From: Longimicrobiales bacterium
GTDB taxonomy: Bacteria > Gemmatimonadota > Gemmatimonadetes > Longimicrobiales > Gaopeijiaceae
Direction: 5' to 3'
Length of the DNA stretch: 64,000 nucleotides
Assembly: GCA_041690395.1 (NCBI GenBank)
Contig: JAWLHJ010000001.1
Location: 224,001-288,000, forward strand
Shown: positions 28,032 to 38,450 of the stretch, piece after piece
Layout: each line of letters starts with the position of its first letter
Numbering within the stretch: the stretch's first letter is position 1
Made by a program: the position numbers and the translations under genes
The notes under the pieces: generated by a model
What the model was told of the DNA's origin: nothing
Database searches by the model: none
Seen by the model: only the letters and a program-made list of their open reading frames with translations

Positions 28032-29429
28032 ATGGAAGTCGACACCATCGTAGCGCTGTCTACCGCGCCGGGTGTCGGCGCCATCGCGGTGGTGCGCATG
28101 TCGGGTCCGGATGCGTTCCGGGTCCTGCGGGAGGTCGCTCCTGAGGTCGAGGATCTGGCGCCCGCAGCGCGTGCCGCGACTTTGCTGCGGATCGTCGATC
28201 CCGAGGACGGCGTGGTCATCGACAGGGCGCTCGTGACGCGCTTCGTCGCGCCCGACAGTTATACGGGCGAAGATCTCGTCGAGATCTCGTGTCACGGGGG
28301 CGTGCTGGTGCCGCACCTGGTGCTCGACGCCTGCCGCTCCGCGGGAGCCCGTGAGGCCGAGCCGGGCGAGTTCACCCGCCGCGCGTATCTGCGGGGGCGC
28401 ATGGACCTCGTGCAGGCTGAGGCCGTCGACGACCTGATCCATGCACGCAGCCGGGCCCTCCATCGGGCGTCGGTCGCCCAGCTGGAGCGGGGGTTGTCGG
28501 AGCGGGTGGGGGCCCTGCGGGCCGAGCTCGTGCGCCTTGAAGCGCTCCTCGCACACCACGTGGATTTCCCGGAGGAGGATGATCCGCCGGTGCCCCTCGA
28601 GCGAGTGCGTGAGGAGGCCGGCGAGGTCGCGAGGAGCATCGAGCGGATGCTGGCGACGGCGCCCGAAGGGGAGTTGCTGCGTGAGGGTGCGCTCGTGGTT
28701 CTGGCCGGCCGGCCGAACGTGGGGAAGTCCTCGTTGTACAACGCGTTGCTGGGGCGCGAGCGTGCGATCGTGACGGAGATCGCCGGCACGACGCGCGACG
28801 CGATCGAGGCGGACGTCGAGCTCGGCGGCTTCCCGTTCCGGCTGGTGGACACGGCCGGACTGAGGGAGACCGACGAGCGGATCGAGCGCCTGGGGATCGA
28901 GGTGACGAGACGGTATCTGGAGTCGGCCGAGGTCATGCTGTTCTGCGTCGAAGCGGGTAAGCCGCTGGATGAAGAAGAGCGCGCGTTTCTGGATGCGCAG
29001 AGAGGGCGGACGCTGATCGTGGTCGAGACGAAGGGCGACCGGGTGGACGGGTTGGACCAGGTGGGCGAAGCGTTCGAGGCGGGCGGGCTGTCGGCGGCCG
29101 AACGGTCGTGGCGCGCCATCCGGGTATCGACCGTGTCCGGACAGGGGCTGGACGAGGTTCGCACCGCCCTGCCGGCGCTCGTCTTCGCGGGCCTGGCGCG
29201 GGGCGCGGACGATGTGCCGGTCATCACTCGCCGCCGCCATGCGCGGGCGCTCCGGGACGCCGCGGAGGCGGTGAAGGCGTTCGGGACCGCCCTCGAGGAC
29301 GGGGTGCCGCCGGAGGTGGCCGGAGCCCATCTTCGCGAGGCGGAGAGCGCCCTGGAGGACTTGGTCGGCGTGATTTCCACCGAGGACGTGTTGGACGTGG
29401 TGTTCAGGGACTTCTGCGTGGGGAAGTGA
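28032..29429 (+). CDS. mnmE: tRNA modification GTPase MnmE
   Basis: DTIVALST, GRPNVGKSSL, GTTRD, DTAGLR, FCVGK. Confidence 0.97.
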   Translation: MEVDTIVALSTAPGVGAIAVVRMSGPDAFRVLREVAPEVEDLAPAARAATLLRIVDPEDGVVIDRALVTRFVAPDSYTGEDLVEISCHGGVLVPHLVLDACRSAGAREAEPGEFTRRAYLRGRMDLVQAEAVDDLIHARSRALHRASVAQLERGLSERVGALRAELVRLEALLAHHVDFPEEDDPPVPLERVREEAGEVARSIERMLATAPEGELLREGALVVLAGRPNVGKSSLYNALLGRERAIVTEIAGTTRDAIEADVELGGFPFRLVDTAGLRETDERIERLGIEVTRRYLESAEVMLFCVEAGKPLDEEERAFLDAQRGRTLIVVETKGDRVDGLDQVGEAFEAGGLSAAERSWRAIRVSTVSGQGLDEVRTALPALVFAGLARGADDVPVITRRRHARALRDAAEAVKAFGTALEDGVPPEVAGAHLREAESALEDLVGVISTEDVLDVVFRDFCVGK

Positions 29430-29743
29430 TGGCGGACGGCACCGGAGGTATGCGGGAGGTACGGAGATACCGAGTGGAGGGACGCGTTCAGGGAGTCGGA
29501 TTCCGCTGGTGGACCCGGAAGACGGCCGCGGACGTGGGGTTGAATGGGCGCGTGCGTAATCTGGTGGACGGCGCGGTCGAGGTGGAAGCGGCCGGGCCGG
29601 CCGGGGCGCTGGACGCGCTGGCGGCCCGGCTCCGGCTTGGACCGGGTCCGGCCAACGTGTCCCGCGTCGAGCGACTCGATGTAGGGAGCGCGCTGCGCGA
29701 CGAGGCCGCCGGGTGGAGCTCGTTCGAGATCGACCGTGGATGA
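29429..29743 (+). CDS. acyP: acylphosphatase
   Basis: GRVQGVGFR, GRVRNLVDGAVEV. Confidence 0.92.
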   Translation: MADGTGGMREVRRYRVEGRVQGVGFRWWTRKTAADVGLNGRVRNLVDGAVEVEAAGPAGALDALAARLRLGPGPANVSRVERLDVGSALRDEAAGWSSFEIDRG

Positions 29744-29795
29744 CGGACCGAGGGCGGCGGCGGCGGATAACATGCAGGGCGCGTAAGGAGCGGCG

Positions 29796-31682
29796 ATGAG
29801 GAAGAAGTACGGAGTGATCGTGGTGGGCGGCGGGCACGCGGGCACGGAGGCCGCGGCGGCTTCCGCTCGGGCCGGCGTCCGAACGCTGCTCGTGTCCCCG
29901 GATCTCACTCGGCTCGGTCAGATGAGCTGCAATCCGGCGATCGGCGGCGTGGCGAAGGGCGTCGTGGCTCGCGAGGTCGATGCCCTGGGCGGGGTCATGG
30001 GCCAGGCGACCGACGCATCGAGGATCCAGTTCCGCATGCTGAATCGGTCCAAGGGACCCGCAGTGTGGGGCCCTCGCGCCCAGTGCGACCGCGCGCTCTA
30101 TCCGATCGCGGTACGACGCGTTCTGGACGGCCTTCCCGAGCTCGACCTGTTCCAGGAGATGGTCACCGGGCTCGTCGCCGAGGACGGGAAGGTGCTGGGG
30201 ATCCGGACGCGTGGAGGTCTCGAGTTCGAGGCGGATGCCGTGGTGGTCACGACCGGGACATTCCTCCGCGGGAAGATCCACATCGGGGGGAGCGCCGGGG
30301 TCGAGGCGGGACGCGCCGGTGAGGCGCCTTCGGTGGAGTTGGCGGAGGGCCTCGAAGGGCTCGGTTTGTCAGTGGCCCGCTTCAAGACGGGGACGCCGCC
30401 TCGCGTCGACGGACGGACGGTCGACGTCGGGCGGCTGGAGCGGCAGGACGGTGAGGACGGGGACTACCGCTTCTCGGCCTATACACGGGAGGCCGTCCCG
30501 GAGCAGATGCCGTGCTGGATCACGTGGGCGAGCGACGGCCTCAAGCGCGTGGTGACGGAGAACCTGGCGCGAAGCGCCCTGTATGGAGGCGAGATCGCGG
30601 GACGGGGACCGCGCTACTGTCCCTCGATCGAGGACAAAGTCGTGCGCTTTCCCGATGCGCCACGGCATCAGGTGTTCCTCGAGCCCGAAGGGCTGCACAC
30701 GACCGAGTTGTACGTGAACGGCCTGTCCACGTCGCTTCCAGCCGACGTGCAGTTGGAGTTCCTGCGTACGGTGCCGGGGCTCGAGGACGTCGTCATGACG
30801 AAGGTCGGGTACGCCATCGAGTACGACTACTTCCCGCCGCACCAGCTCCGGCACACGCTCGAGCTGAAGGACGTGCCGGGGCTCTTCTTCGCCGGACAGA
30901 TCAACGGGACCACGGGATACGAGGAGGCGGCGGGGCAGGGCATCGTCGCGGGCATCAATGCCGCGCTGCGGGTCAGGGGTGAAGCCCCGCTCGTGCTCGA
31001 GCGGGACCAGGCGTACATCGGCGTCCTGATCGACGACCTCGTCACGCGCGGCGTCGACGAACCCTACCGGCTATTCACGTCCCGGGCGGAGTTCCGCCTC
31101 CTCCTGCGGCAGGACAACGCTCCGCGGCGGTTGGGATCGTTGGCCAGGGAGCGCGGCCTACTCACGGAGGATCAGGCAGTGGCCCTGAGGGAGCGGCTGG
31201 CCGCCGAGGACCGGGTGCTGGTGTGGTTCCGTGAGACGAATATCGACCCCGAGGCCTCGCGGGAATTGCTGGAGGCCGCCGGCTCGACCCCGCTACCTGA
31301 ACCCACACGGGCGGCGGAGGTGCTCAAGCGACCCAGGGTCGGGGCCGCCGCGTTGCTCGACGTGGGGCCAGAGCCGCCGAAGGACGTGGAGGAAGATGCG
31401 GTGTTGGCCGCGGTCGAGGTCGAGCTCAAGTACGAGGGGTACGTCATGCGGGAGCGGGAGCGCGCCGAGCGCCTTCGGCGTCAGGCTGAGGTGGAGCTCC
31501 GTGACGATCTTCCTTATACCGAGATGAAGACGTTGTCGCACGAAGCGCGAGAGAAGCTCGCAGCTGTGCGTCCCGGGACGCTGGCTCAGGCGGGCCGCAT
31601 CCCCGGTGTGTCGCCCGCGGATCTCCAGAATCTCCTGTTGGAGGTCAGGCGGCGAGTCGCGTCCAGCACGGCGGTCGGTTAG
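29796..31682 (+). CDS. mnmG: tRNA uridine-5-carboxymethylaminomethyl synthesis enzyme MnmG
   Basis: [39 protein letters not shown]. Confidence 0.98.
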   Translation: MRKKYGVIVVGGGHAGTEAAAASARAGVRTLLVSPDLTRLGQMSCNPAIGGVAKGVVAREVDALGGVMGQATDASRIQFRMLNRSKGPAVWGPRAQCDRALYPIAVRRVLDGLPELDLFQEMVTGLVAEDGKVLGIRTRGGLEFEADAVVVTTGTFLRGKIHIGGSAGVEAGRAGEAPSVELAEGLEGLGLSVARFKTGTPPRVDGRTVDVGRLERQDGEDGDYRFSAYTREAVPEQMPCWITWASDGLKRVVTENLARSALYGGEIAGRGPRYCPSIEDKVVRFPDAPRHQVFLEPEGLHTTELYVNGLSTSLPADVQLEFLRTVPGLEDVVMTKVGYAIEYDYFPPHQLRHTLELKDVPGLFFAGQINGTTGYEEAAGQGIVAGINAALRVRGEAPLVLERDQAYIGVLIDDLVTRGVDEPYRLFTSRAEFRLLLRQDNAPRRLGSLARERGLLTEDQAVALRERLAAEDRVLVWFRETNIDPEASRELLEAAGSTPLPEPTRAAEVLKRPRVGAAALLDVGPEPPKDVEEDAVLAAVEVELKYEGYVMRERERAERLRRQAEVELRDDLPYTEMKTLSHEAREKLAAVRPGTLAQAGRIPGVSPADLQNLLLEVRRRVASSTAVG

Positions 31683-31696
31683 AAGCCGACGCGGGC

Positions 31697-31712
31697 TGTT
31701 TCACGTGAAACA
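31697..31712. promoter_or_regulatory. parS: parS site 1
   Basis: Perfect palindrome TGTTTCACGTGAAACA. Confidence 0.95.
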
Positions 31713-31782
31713 GGGGCCCCGCCAGCGCCCCCCAGGGAGGGCCGGGCACGGGAGGGATCGGGCGGGGTCGCAGACCTCGGCC

Positions 31783-31798
31783 TGTTTCACGTGAAACA
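31783..31798. promoter_or_regulatory. parS: parS site 2
   Basis: Perfect palindrome TGTTTCACGTGAAACA. Confidence 0.95.
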
Positions 31799-31848
31799 GC
31801 GCGCCCGCCGGATGCCATGAGATCCGCTCGGTCTGGGGCGAGCCCGGG

Positions 31849-32349
31849 CTAGCTTCGCTCCAGCACGACGTGCAGCGTGGCGGGCTCGGACGTTCCGTCG
31901 AAGTTGAAGTCGAACTCGGTCGGGCCGTCCAGGATCAGCACATCAGGACCGTCGAACTCGTAGGCCGACGTGGCGCTGGCCCCCTGGGCGGGATTCAGCC
32001 GAATTGCCGCGCCGACCACAGAAAGCGTCCCATTCTCGACGGAGGGCTGCTGCATCTCATCGGGAATGAACAGAGTTGCCGTGTAGGCGCCGCTCGGCTG
32101 CACGTTCAACGTGAACAGGCCGGTCGCGTCGATCAGGTCGAAGAACGTCCCCTCGTCGGCGACGCTCGTCACGACGAACTCCGTGGCGTCCCAGTCGCCC
32201 ACGAACGGCTCGACCGCGGGATCGGGTGTCGCGACGTCGGACGGGCTGGAGCCACCGCATGCCGCGACGGCCAGCAGCAACGCGAGTCCGAATCCGTTGC
32301 GAGCGCGTGGACGTGCTCCCCTCGGGCGTACCGGCCTCTCGTACTTCAT
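31849..32349 (-). CDS. hypothetical lipoprotein (beta-rich, lipocalin-like)
   Basis: AAGGAG SD, MKYERP..., LAVAAC lipobox, FVGDW motif. Confidence 0.75.
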   Translation of the reverse strand: MKYERPVRPRGARPRARNGFGLALLLAVAACGGSSPSDVATPDPAVEPFVGDWDATEFVVTSVADEGTFFDLIDATGLFTLNVQPSGAYTATLFIPDEMQQPSVENGTLSVVGAAIRLNPAQGASATSAYEFDGPDVLILDGPTEFDFNFDGTSEPATLHVVLERS

Positions 32350-32541
32350 CGCGTCTGACTCCTTGGGCCTTCGCCCGGAAGACGAAAGGGGAAAGCGCAC
32401 CGCGTTCAGGGAGCCGCCGTCCCACGCCGGAAAGTCCTCGACCGACCGTTTCAGGTCAAGCGGTGCCCACTTCTTGCATTCCGTGAGCGCGGGGATGGCG
32501 TATATTGGAGTCCCGCACATTCCACAACGAGCCTGCGACGA

Positions 32542-33333
32542 ATGTCCCGCGTCATCGCCATAGCAAACCAGAAGGGCGGCGTCGGCAAGACCACGACCGC
32601 CATCAACCTGGGCGCTTCGCTCGCCGTGGCGGAGAAGCGCACGCTCGTCGTGGACATCGACCCGCAGGGGAATGCCAGCAGCGGGTTGGGGATCACCGAT
32701 CGTGCGAGCCGCCCTACCGTCTACGACATCCTGATCGGCAACCGCTCGGCGTCGGAGGCCATCGTTCGCGAGGTGCACCTTCCTGGCCTCGACGTCATCC
32801 CCTCGACCAGGGACCTGGTCGGTGCGGAAATCGAGCTCGTCTCGACCCCGAACCGCGAGTCGATCCTGCGGGAGGCTCTCAAAGAGGTGCGCGACGAGTA
32901 CGACTTCGTACTGGTCGACTGTCCACCCTCGCTCGGCCTCCTCACGCTGAACACACTCACGGCCGCGGATTCGGTGCTGATTCCGATCCAGTGCGAATTC
33001 TATGCGCTCGAAGGACTGAGTCAGCTCCTCAACACGGTGCGCCTCGTCCAGCGCGGCCTGAATCCGCGCCTCGATATCGAGGGAGTGCTCCTCACGATGT
33101 ACGACCGGCGCCTGAACCTATCCCGACAGGTAGCGGAGGAGGCACGCGACTACTTCGGGGACAAGGTTTACGAGTCGACGATCCCCAGGAACGTCCGACT
33201 CGCAGAGGCACCGAGCTTCGGCCAGCCGATCGTCGAGTACGATGTGCTGTCTACCGGGTCGGAGGCGTATCTCGCTCTGGCCCAAGAGGTTATCGCCCGC
33301 AACACCCGGCCTGCGCCACAGGTTGCGCCATGA
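32542..33333 (+). CDS. parA: chromosome partitioning ATPase ParA/Soj
   Basis: NQKGGVGKTT, DPQGNAS, DCPPSLG, IPRNVRLAEAPSFG. Confidence 0.97.
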   Translation: MSRVIAIANQKGGVGKTTTAINLGASLAVAEKRTLVVDIDPQGNASSGLGITDRASRPTVYDILIGNRSASEAIVREVHLPGLDVIPSTRDLVGAEIELVSTPNRESILREALKEVRDEYDFVLVDCPPSLGLLTLNTLTAADSVLIPIQCEFYALEGLSQLLNTVRLVQRGLNPRLDIEGVLLTMYDRRLNLSRQVAEEARDYFGDKVYESTIPRNVRLAEAPSFGQPIVEYDVLSTGSEAYLALAQEVIARNTRPAPQVAP

Positions 33334-34208
33334 CGGAGCGTCCTCGCCTGGGGAAGGGCCTCAGCGCACTCATCGGGGAGTATCTCGACCCCGACACGGA
33401 CTCAGCCGAGATCCATGCGCTACCCCTCGCGGCCATCGTGCCGAATCCCCTCCAGCCCCGCACAGTCTTCACCGAGCAGGAGCTCGCCGACCTCGCCCAC
33501 TCCATCGAGGCGAACGGCCTTCTCCAGCCCCTGGTCGTTCGCCCGTCTCCGAACAGCGCGAACCGCTTCGAGTTGATCGCGGGCGAGCGGCGCTTCCGGG
33601 CTGTGACCCGTCTGGGGTGGAAGGAAGCGCCCGTCGTCGTGCGCGACGCCACGGACGAGACGCTCCTCGTGCTGGCGCTCGTCGAGAACCTGCAGCGCGA
33701 GGCGCTTTCTGCCCTGGAGGAAGCCGAGGGGTACGTCGCGCTCTCCGATAAGTTCGGGATGAGCCACGCCGAGATCGCCGAGTCGGTGGGGAAGGATCGC
33801 TCCACCGTGGCGAATATCGTGCGACTCCTGAACCTCCCGGCCGCGGTGCGACGTCTCCTCCAGGAGCGCGCGATCACGCCCGGGCACGCACGCGCGCTGC
33901 TCGCGGTCGAGGATCCCGGGAAAGCCGGCGAGCTCGCGCGCCAGGCGGCGAAGGAGGGCTGGTCCGTTCGTGAGACCGAGAGACGCGCGGGCGCCTCCCG
34001 TCCGAAGAAGAGCAAGCCCGACCGACCGACCGATCCCGTCGTTCAGTCGCTCGAGGAGGCCCTCCGCGATCACCTTTCCACCCGGGTAGCGCTGAAGCGC
34101 GCCCGCGGGGGGGGCGGCACCATCCAGATCGCCTATCACGACGACGAGGACTTCGAGCGGGTCTTCGAGATCGTCACGGGCCGCGCCGTGACCGACGTCG
34201 TGCGCTGA
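33330..34208 (+). CDS. parB: chromosome partitioning protein ParB
   Basis: LGKGLSALI, PNPLQPR, IAGERRFRA, ENLQRE. Confidence 0.97.
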   Translation: MTERPRLGKGLSALIGEYLDPDTDSAEIHALPLAAIVPNPLQPRTVFTEQELADLAHSIEANGLLQPLVVRPSPNSANRFELIAGERRFRAVTRLGWKEAPVVVRDATDETLLVLALVENLQREALSALEEAEGYVALSDKFGMSHAEIAESVGKDRSTVANIVRLLNLPAAVRRLLQERAITPGHARALLAVEDPGKAGELARQAAKEGWSVRETERRAGASRPKKSKPDRPTDPVVQSLEEALRDHLSTRVALKRARGGGGTIQIAYHDDEDFERVFEIVTGRAVTDVVR

Positions 34209-34221
34209 GGGGAGTCACATC

Positions 34222-35001
34222 ATGAGCAAGGATCAACGCCGCCTGTCCCTGGTGGTCGTCCCGCACGGAGGCAGGGACAGCAAGACGTACCACTTCTCCT
34301 ATGGACGCCTTCGGTGGCTCGCACTCCTCGGGACGGGCGCGGCGCTCGCCCTCGCGCTCATGGTCGGAAGCTGGTGGTACCTCGCGGCCCGCGCCTTGAA
34401 GGCGTCCGAACTCGAGCGCGAGGTAGCGGTCATGTCGAGCGACCGCCAACGCGTCGCTGCGCTGGTCCAGCGCCTCGAGGCGATGGAGACCCAGTACGCG
34501 AACATCCGCCGCATGTTCGGCGCGGCGGCGATCGACCGCCCATCGGACGTCTGGCTGCCACCCGCCAATCCGGTGCGGCGGGCGGCCTCGGGTGCGTCCG
34601 CGCGACGTGCTGGTCCGACTCCCCCGACGGTCTGGCCGCTCACCGAGCGGGGATTCGTCACCCAGGGCCTGCATGAGGGCTTCGAGGGCCGGCATCCCGG
34701 ACTCGACATTGCCGTGCCCTCCGATTCGTATATTCGGGCGGCTGGAGGCGGGACGGTCTCGGACGTCGGTGACGACGCGGTGTACGGCCGGTACGTCGTG
34801 ATCGACCACGGCGACGGATACACGACCCTGTATGGGCACGCGTCGAATACGCTCGTGTCCCTCGGCCAGTCCGTGCGGGAGCGTCAGGTGATCGCGCTCT
34901 CGGGTTCGACCGGCCGCTCGACGGGACCTCATCTGCACTTCGAGGTCATTCTCGACGGCGAACCCGTGGACCCCCTGTCTCTGGTCGACCAACCCTCGTG
35001 A
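34222..35001 (+). CDS. M23 family metallopeptidase
   Basis: HPGLDIA, TLYGH, GRSTGPHLHFEV; N-terminal TM and coiled coil. Confidence 0.93.
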   Translation: MSKDQRRLSLVVVPHGGRDSKTYHFSYGRLRWLALLGTGAALALALMVGSWWYLAARALKASELEREVAVMSSDRQRVAALVQRLEAMETQYANIRRMFGAAAIDRPSDVWLPPANPVRRAASGASARRAGPTPPTVWPLTERGFVTQGLHEGFEGRHPGLDIAVPSDSYIRAAGGGTVSDVGDDAVYGRYVVIDHGDGYTTLYGHASNTLVSLGQSVRERQVIALSGSTGRSTGPHLHFEVILDGEPVDPLSLVDQPS

Positions 35002-35055
35002 GGCGCAACGGCGCCTCATCGTTACCGACTCTCCTCGTTCGACGGAGCACTTCGC

Positions 35056-35478
35056 ATGGCGCGTGAGCGAACCAGTCAGGGCAGCGCACCCGAATCGGTC
35101 ATTTCCATCGTCGGACCCGGCATGAAAGTCGTGGGCGACTGTGAGACCGACGGCACACTCCGGATCGAGGGCGCCGTGCAGGGAACCGTTCGGGCCGCCA
35201 AGGCGGTCGTCATCGGTCGCGATGGCCTCGTGATCGGGGACGTCATCACCCAGGACGCCGTCGTGTCTGGGCGGGTCGAAGGCTCCGTGACGGCGGAGTC
35301 TCGGTTGGAGCTCCAGGCGTCCTGTCAGATCGACGGGGAGGTGTACACGCCTCGGCTACAGCTCGAAGAGGGTGCCGTCTTGAACGGCAGCGTGAACATG
35401 AAGCAGACCAACGAGAAGCGCGGTCCCACATCTCAGAATCACGACTCCGATTCGGGTCCTGACGAAACCGACCGTTGA
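35056..35478 (+). CDS. bactofilin (polymer-forming cytoskeletal protein)
   Basis: SIVGPGMKVVGD..LRIEGAVQG..LEEGAVLNG beta-helix repeats. Confidence 0.92.
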   Translation: MARERTSQGSAPESVISIVGPGMKVVGDCETDGTLRIEGAVQGTVRAAKAVVIGRDGLVIGDVITQDAVVSGRVEGSVTAESRLELQASCQIDGEVYTPRLQLEEGAVLNGSVNMKQTNEKRGPTSQNHDSDSGPDETDR

Positions 35479-35494
35479 TGCTTCTGCTCCCGGG

Positions 35495-35648
35495 ATATCC
35501 CCAATGCCCGAATAATGTGGATATCTCGGCCAGCGGTGCACCGTGATGTATGGTAAACCTTTGGGGCCTCGTTACTTGTGGGTGTGTCCCCCTGTGGACA
35601 ACGGCCCTTGCTCTCCCTTGTTTTCAACTTTTCCACACGTTGTCCACC
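35495..35648. promoter_or_regulatory. DnaA-box cluster outside oriC
   Basis: TGTGGATAT 35516, TGTGGACAA 35593, TTTTCCACA 35629, TTGTCCACC 35640 in an AT-richer intergenic region. Confidence 0.6.
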
Positions 35649-35706
35649 GAGGATCGTCCCTGCTCTGCCGCGCCGGGCGTCGTTGCCGTCCCCAGGTGTC
35701 GAAAAC

Positions 35707-36465
35707 ATGAAACTAGAATCTATTGTCGAGTACCTGGACGACTATCTGGCTATAGAGGGGCATCCGGATTACGGGCCTGCGTACAACGGCCTCCAGGTCG
35801 CCGGCGATCGCGACGTAGCCTCCATCGCCGCGGCGGTGGATGCCTCGGTGGCATCCATCGAGGCGGCCGTCGCCTCCGGGGCGGATCTCATGGTCGTTCA
35901 TCACGGCCTCTTCTGGGGCGGCTCCGCGCCGGTCACCGGGCCGTTGTATCGTCGGCTGCGGCCCCTGTTACAGCGGGGCGTCGCGCTCTACAGCGCCCAC
36001 CTCCCTCTCGACGCACACGCCGAGATCGGTAACTGCGCGCTCCTCGCCGACGCGCTCGGCCTGACCGAACGTGCGTCCTTCGCCGCGTACCAGGGGGTGG
36101 CGGTGGGGTGGTGGGGCACGCTGCCAGGAGCAACGTCCGTCGAAGATCTCTCCGGCACCGTCAGCGAGGCGGTGGGTGGCTCGGTGCAGGTCATTCCCGG
36201 CGGCCCGAAGGAGGTACGGCGGGTCGGCGTCGTGACCGGCGGTGGCGCCTCGTTCCTGCGGGAGGCCGCCGAGATGGGCCTCGACGCCCTGGTCACGGGA
36301 GAAGGGCCGCACCACACGTACATCGATGCGATGGAAGCGGGCATCCACGTCCTTCTCGGTGGTCACTACGCGACCGAGACCTTCGGGGTCAAGGCGCTCG
36401 CCGCCCACGTGGCCGATCGATTCGGCCTCGAGTGGAGCTTCATCGATCAACCCACCGGCCTCTGA
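35707..36465 (+). CDS. Nif3-like dinuclear metal protein
   Basis: YNGLQV, VVHHGLFW, HLPLDAH, GHYATE. Confidence 0.93.
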   Translation: MKLESIVEYLDDYLAIEGHPDYGPAYNGLQVAGDRDVASIAAAVDASVASIEAAVASGADLMVVHHGLFWGGSAPVTGPLYRRLRPLLQRGVALYSAHLPLDAHAEIGNCALLADALGLTERASFAAYQGVAVGWWGTLPGATSVEDLSGTVSEAVGGSVQVIPGGPKEVRRVGVVTGGGASFLREAAEMGLDALVTGEGPHHTYIDAMEAGIHVLLGGHYATETFGVKALAAHVADRFGLEWSFIDQPTGL

Positions 36466-36638
36466 GAGGTCGCTCCGGGATCCGCGACCTAGGGGGCCCG
36501 GGGCTTCGATCCGTTGCAGCACCTCGGGGCGCAGGGTACCATCCCGTGGACGATCCGCCGAGCGTGACGCGCCACCCGACCGAGCCGGAGCACCGGCTCC
36601 ACCCACGATCGCAGCGACATCTGGAGTCATAGACGAAC

Positions 36639-37445
36639 ATGAGCCCCAACGCATCATCGGCCCCTTTCTGCCCGGAATGCAACAAGCCGGCGACCGGCAA
36701 CTTCTGCCAGAACTGCGGTGCCAAGCTGGGTGGCCGCTTCTGCAGTCAATGCGGCGGCAAGCTAGGACCAGCCGCCTCGTTCTGCAGTCAGTGCGGCGCC
36801 AAGAACGACGTGGTCACGGGCGGTCATCGAGCCGCGGCGGCGAGTGTCGTGGGGGGCCAGAATCTTCCGTGGTGGATCGCGGGCGCGGCCATGTTCGCGC
36901 TCATCGTCGCGATTGGCGTCTCCATGGTCCGCCCCGGTCCGCCGCCCACGCCCGGGACCACGGGGCCGGCGGCCGCGACGGGAGCCCCGGCCGGCGCTGC
37001 CGCCGTCGACCTCAACTCGATGACGCCCAGGGAGGCCGCCGACCGTCTCTTCAACCGGGTCATGACGAGCGTTGCCGAGGGTGACTCCGCCGGGGCACAG
37101 GCGTTCGTCCCGATGGCGATCGGAGCGTACGAGCGCGCCCAGCCCCTCGACCTCGATGGGCTCTTTCACCTCTCGCTCCTGCAGCGCACGGCGTTGGACC
37201 TCGAGGGCGCGCTCGCCTCCGCCGAGGCGATCCTGGCCGAGGACCCCGATCACGTCCTGGGACTGACCGCTGCCGCTGCCGCCGCCGAGGAGCTCGGGCG
37301 GGACGACAGGGCGGCCGAGCTCTACGAGCATCTGCTTGCGGTGTACGACGCCGAGAGCCAGCGAGGCCTACAGGAGTACCTCGACCATGCGCAGATCATG
37401 AGCACGGTAAGGGATTCGGCGGAGGCGTTCCTGAGCGGGCGTTGA
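36639..37445 (+). CDS. zinc-ribbon / TM / TPR-like membrane protein
   Basis: Four CxxC motifs (CPEC, CQNC, CSQC, CSQC), one TM helix, helical C-terminus. Confidence 0.8.
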   Translation: MSPNASSAPFCPECNKPATGNFCQNCGAKLGGRFCSQCGGKLGPAASFCSQCGAKNDVVTGGHRAAAASVVGGQNLPWWIAGAAMFALIVAIGVSMVRPGPPPTPGTTGPAAATGAPAGAAAVDLNSMTPREAADRLFNRVMTSVAEGDSAGAQAFVPMAIGAYERAQPLDLDGLFHLSLLQRTALDLEGALASAEAILAEDPDHVLGLTAAAAAAEELGRDDRAAELYEHLLAVYDAESQRGLQEYLDHAQIMSTVRDSAEAFLSGR

Positions 37446-37466
37446 CGCCCTCCCGGGAGATCCTCC

Positions 37467-38450
37467 ATGCGTGTCTTCATTACCGGCGCCAGCGGCCTGA
37501 TCGGGTCCCACCTCGCGGGGGAGCTGATCGCGGCCGGACACGAGGTCGTCGGGCTCTGCCGGGGTGGCTCGGACACCGCCTACCTCGATCGCGTCGGCTG
37601 CGAGATCGTGCGGGGCGACATCCGGTCCGACGCGGACACCCTCGCACCTTTCATGGAGGGGTGCGACCGGGTGGTTCATGCGGCCGCACAGGTGTATGCC
37701 GGCGGCTCCTGGCCAAAGGTCCGGGAGACGAACGTCGACGGCACCCGGCACGTCCTGACCGCGGCCCGTCTCGCCGGCGTGGCGCAGGTGGTGCACGTGT
37801 CCACGGTCGCCGTGTATGGGGGCATTCCCGGCACGAAGAACGAGGAGGCACCGGTCGACGCCCCGATCCCTCCGGGCGATCTCTACGCGCGTTCGAAGCG
37901 GGAGGCCGAGGAGGTGGTCCGGGGCATCGAGGCCAGACGTGGGCTCCCCGTGACGGTGATCCGTCCGGCGGCCGTCTACGGCGAGCGAGACCGGCTGATG
38001 GCGCCCGCCTTGGCCCGCCTTCTGCGCCTGCCGTTCGTGGCCCTGCTCGGTGAGGGCGACAACACCCTCCCGGTCGTCTACGCGGGGAACGTAGCCTCGG
38101 CGCTCCGCCTCGCCGTCGAACGGTGTACGGGTGGAGAGACCTTCAACGTCGCGATGGACCACCCCCTGACCCAGCGCCAACTGTTCGAGGGCCTGGCGGA
38201 GGGGCTCGAAAAGAACCCACGCTTCTTCTCGCTGCCGGCACCGCTCGTACGATCCGTCGGGGGATTCCTCGCTCATTTCGGGGTGAGCGCCCCGGGCGCG
38301 AAGCATCTGCCGCTCGAGCGGGTCATCGACCTCGCCCTCGGCGAGAACCCCTTCCCGTCGCGCCGGATCCGGGAAGCGCTGGGCTGGGCCCCCGAGCACG
38401 AGCACGACGACGCGCTCAAGCGCACCGGCGAATGGCTGAGATCCGCATGA
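37467..38450 (+). CDS. NAD-dependent epimerase/dehydratase (extended SDR)
   Basis: TGASGLIG, YARSK, RPAAVYG. Confidence 0.9.
   Translation: MRVFITGASGLIGSHLAGELIAAGHEVVGLCRGGSDTAYLDRVGCEIVRGDIRSDADTLAPFMEGCDRVVHAAAQVYAGGSWPKVRETNVDGTRHVLTAARLAGVAQVVHVSTVAVYGGIPGTKNEEAPVDAPIPPGDLYARSKREAEEVVRGIEARRGLPVTVIRPAAVYGERDRLMAPALARLLRLPFVALLGEGDNTLPVVYAGNVASALRLAVERCTGGETFNVAMDHPLTQRQLFEGLAEGLEKNPRFFSLPAPLVRSVGGFLAHFGVSAPGAKHLPLERVIDLALGENPFPSRRIREALGWAPEHEHDDALKRTGEWLRSA

Noticed and set aside
27528..30281. 917-aa minus-strand ORF and many similar long alternative-frame ORFs
   Set aside because: Shadow ORFs of well-supported genes in GC-rich DNA, with no recognisable motifs.
31696..31799. Two identical palindromes as a mini-CRISPR or REP element
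   Set aside because: They match the parS consensus, lie near parAB, and no cas genes or further repeats are present.
32505..33329. Long N-terminal extension of ParB overlapping parA
   Set aside because: ParB has a normal ATGA-coupled start at 33330 directly before LGKGL.
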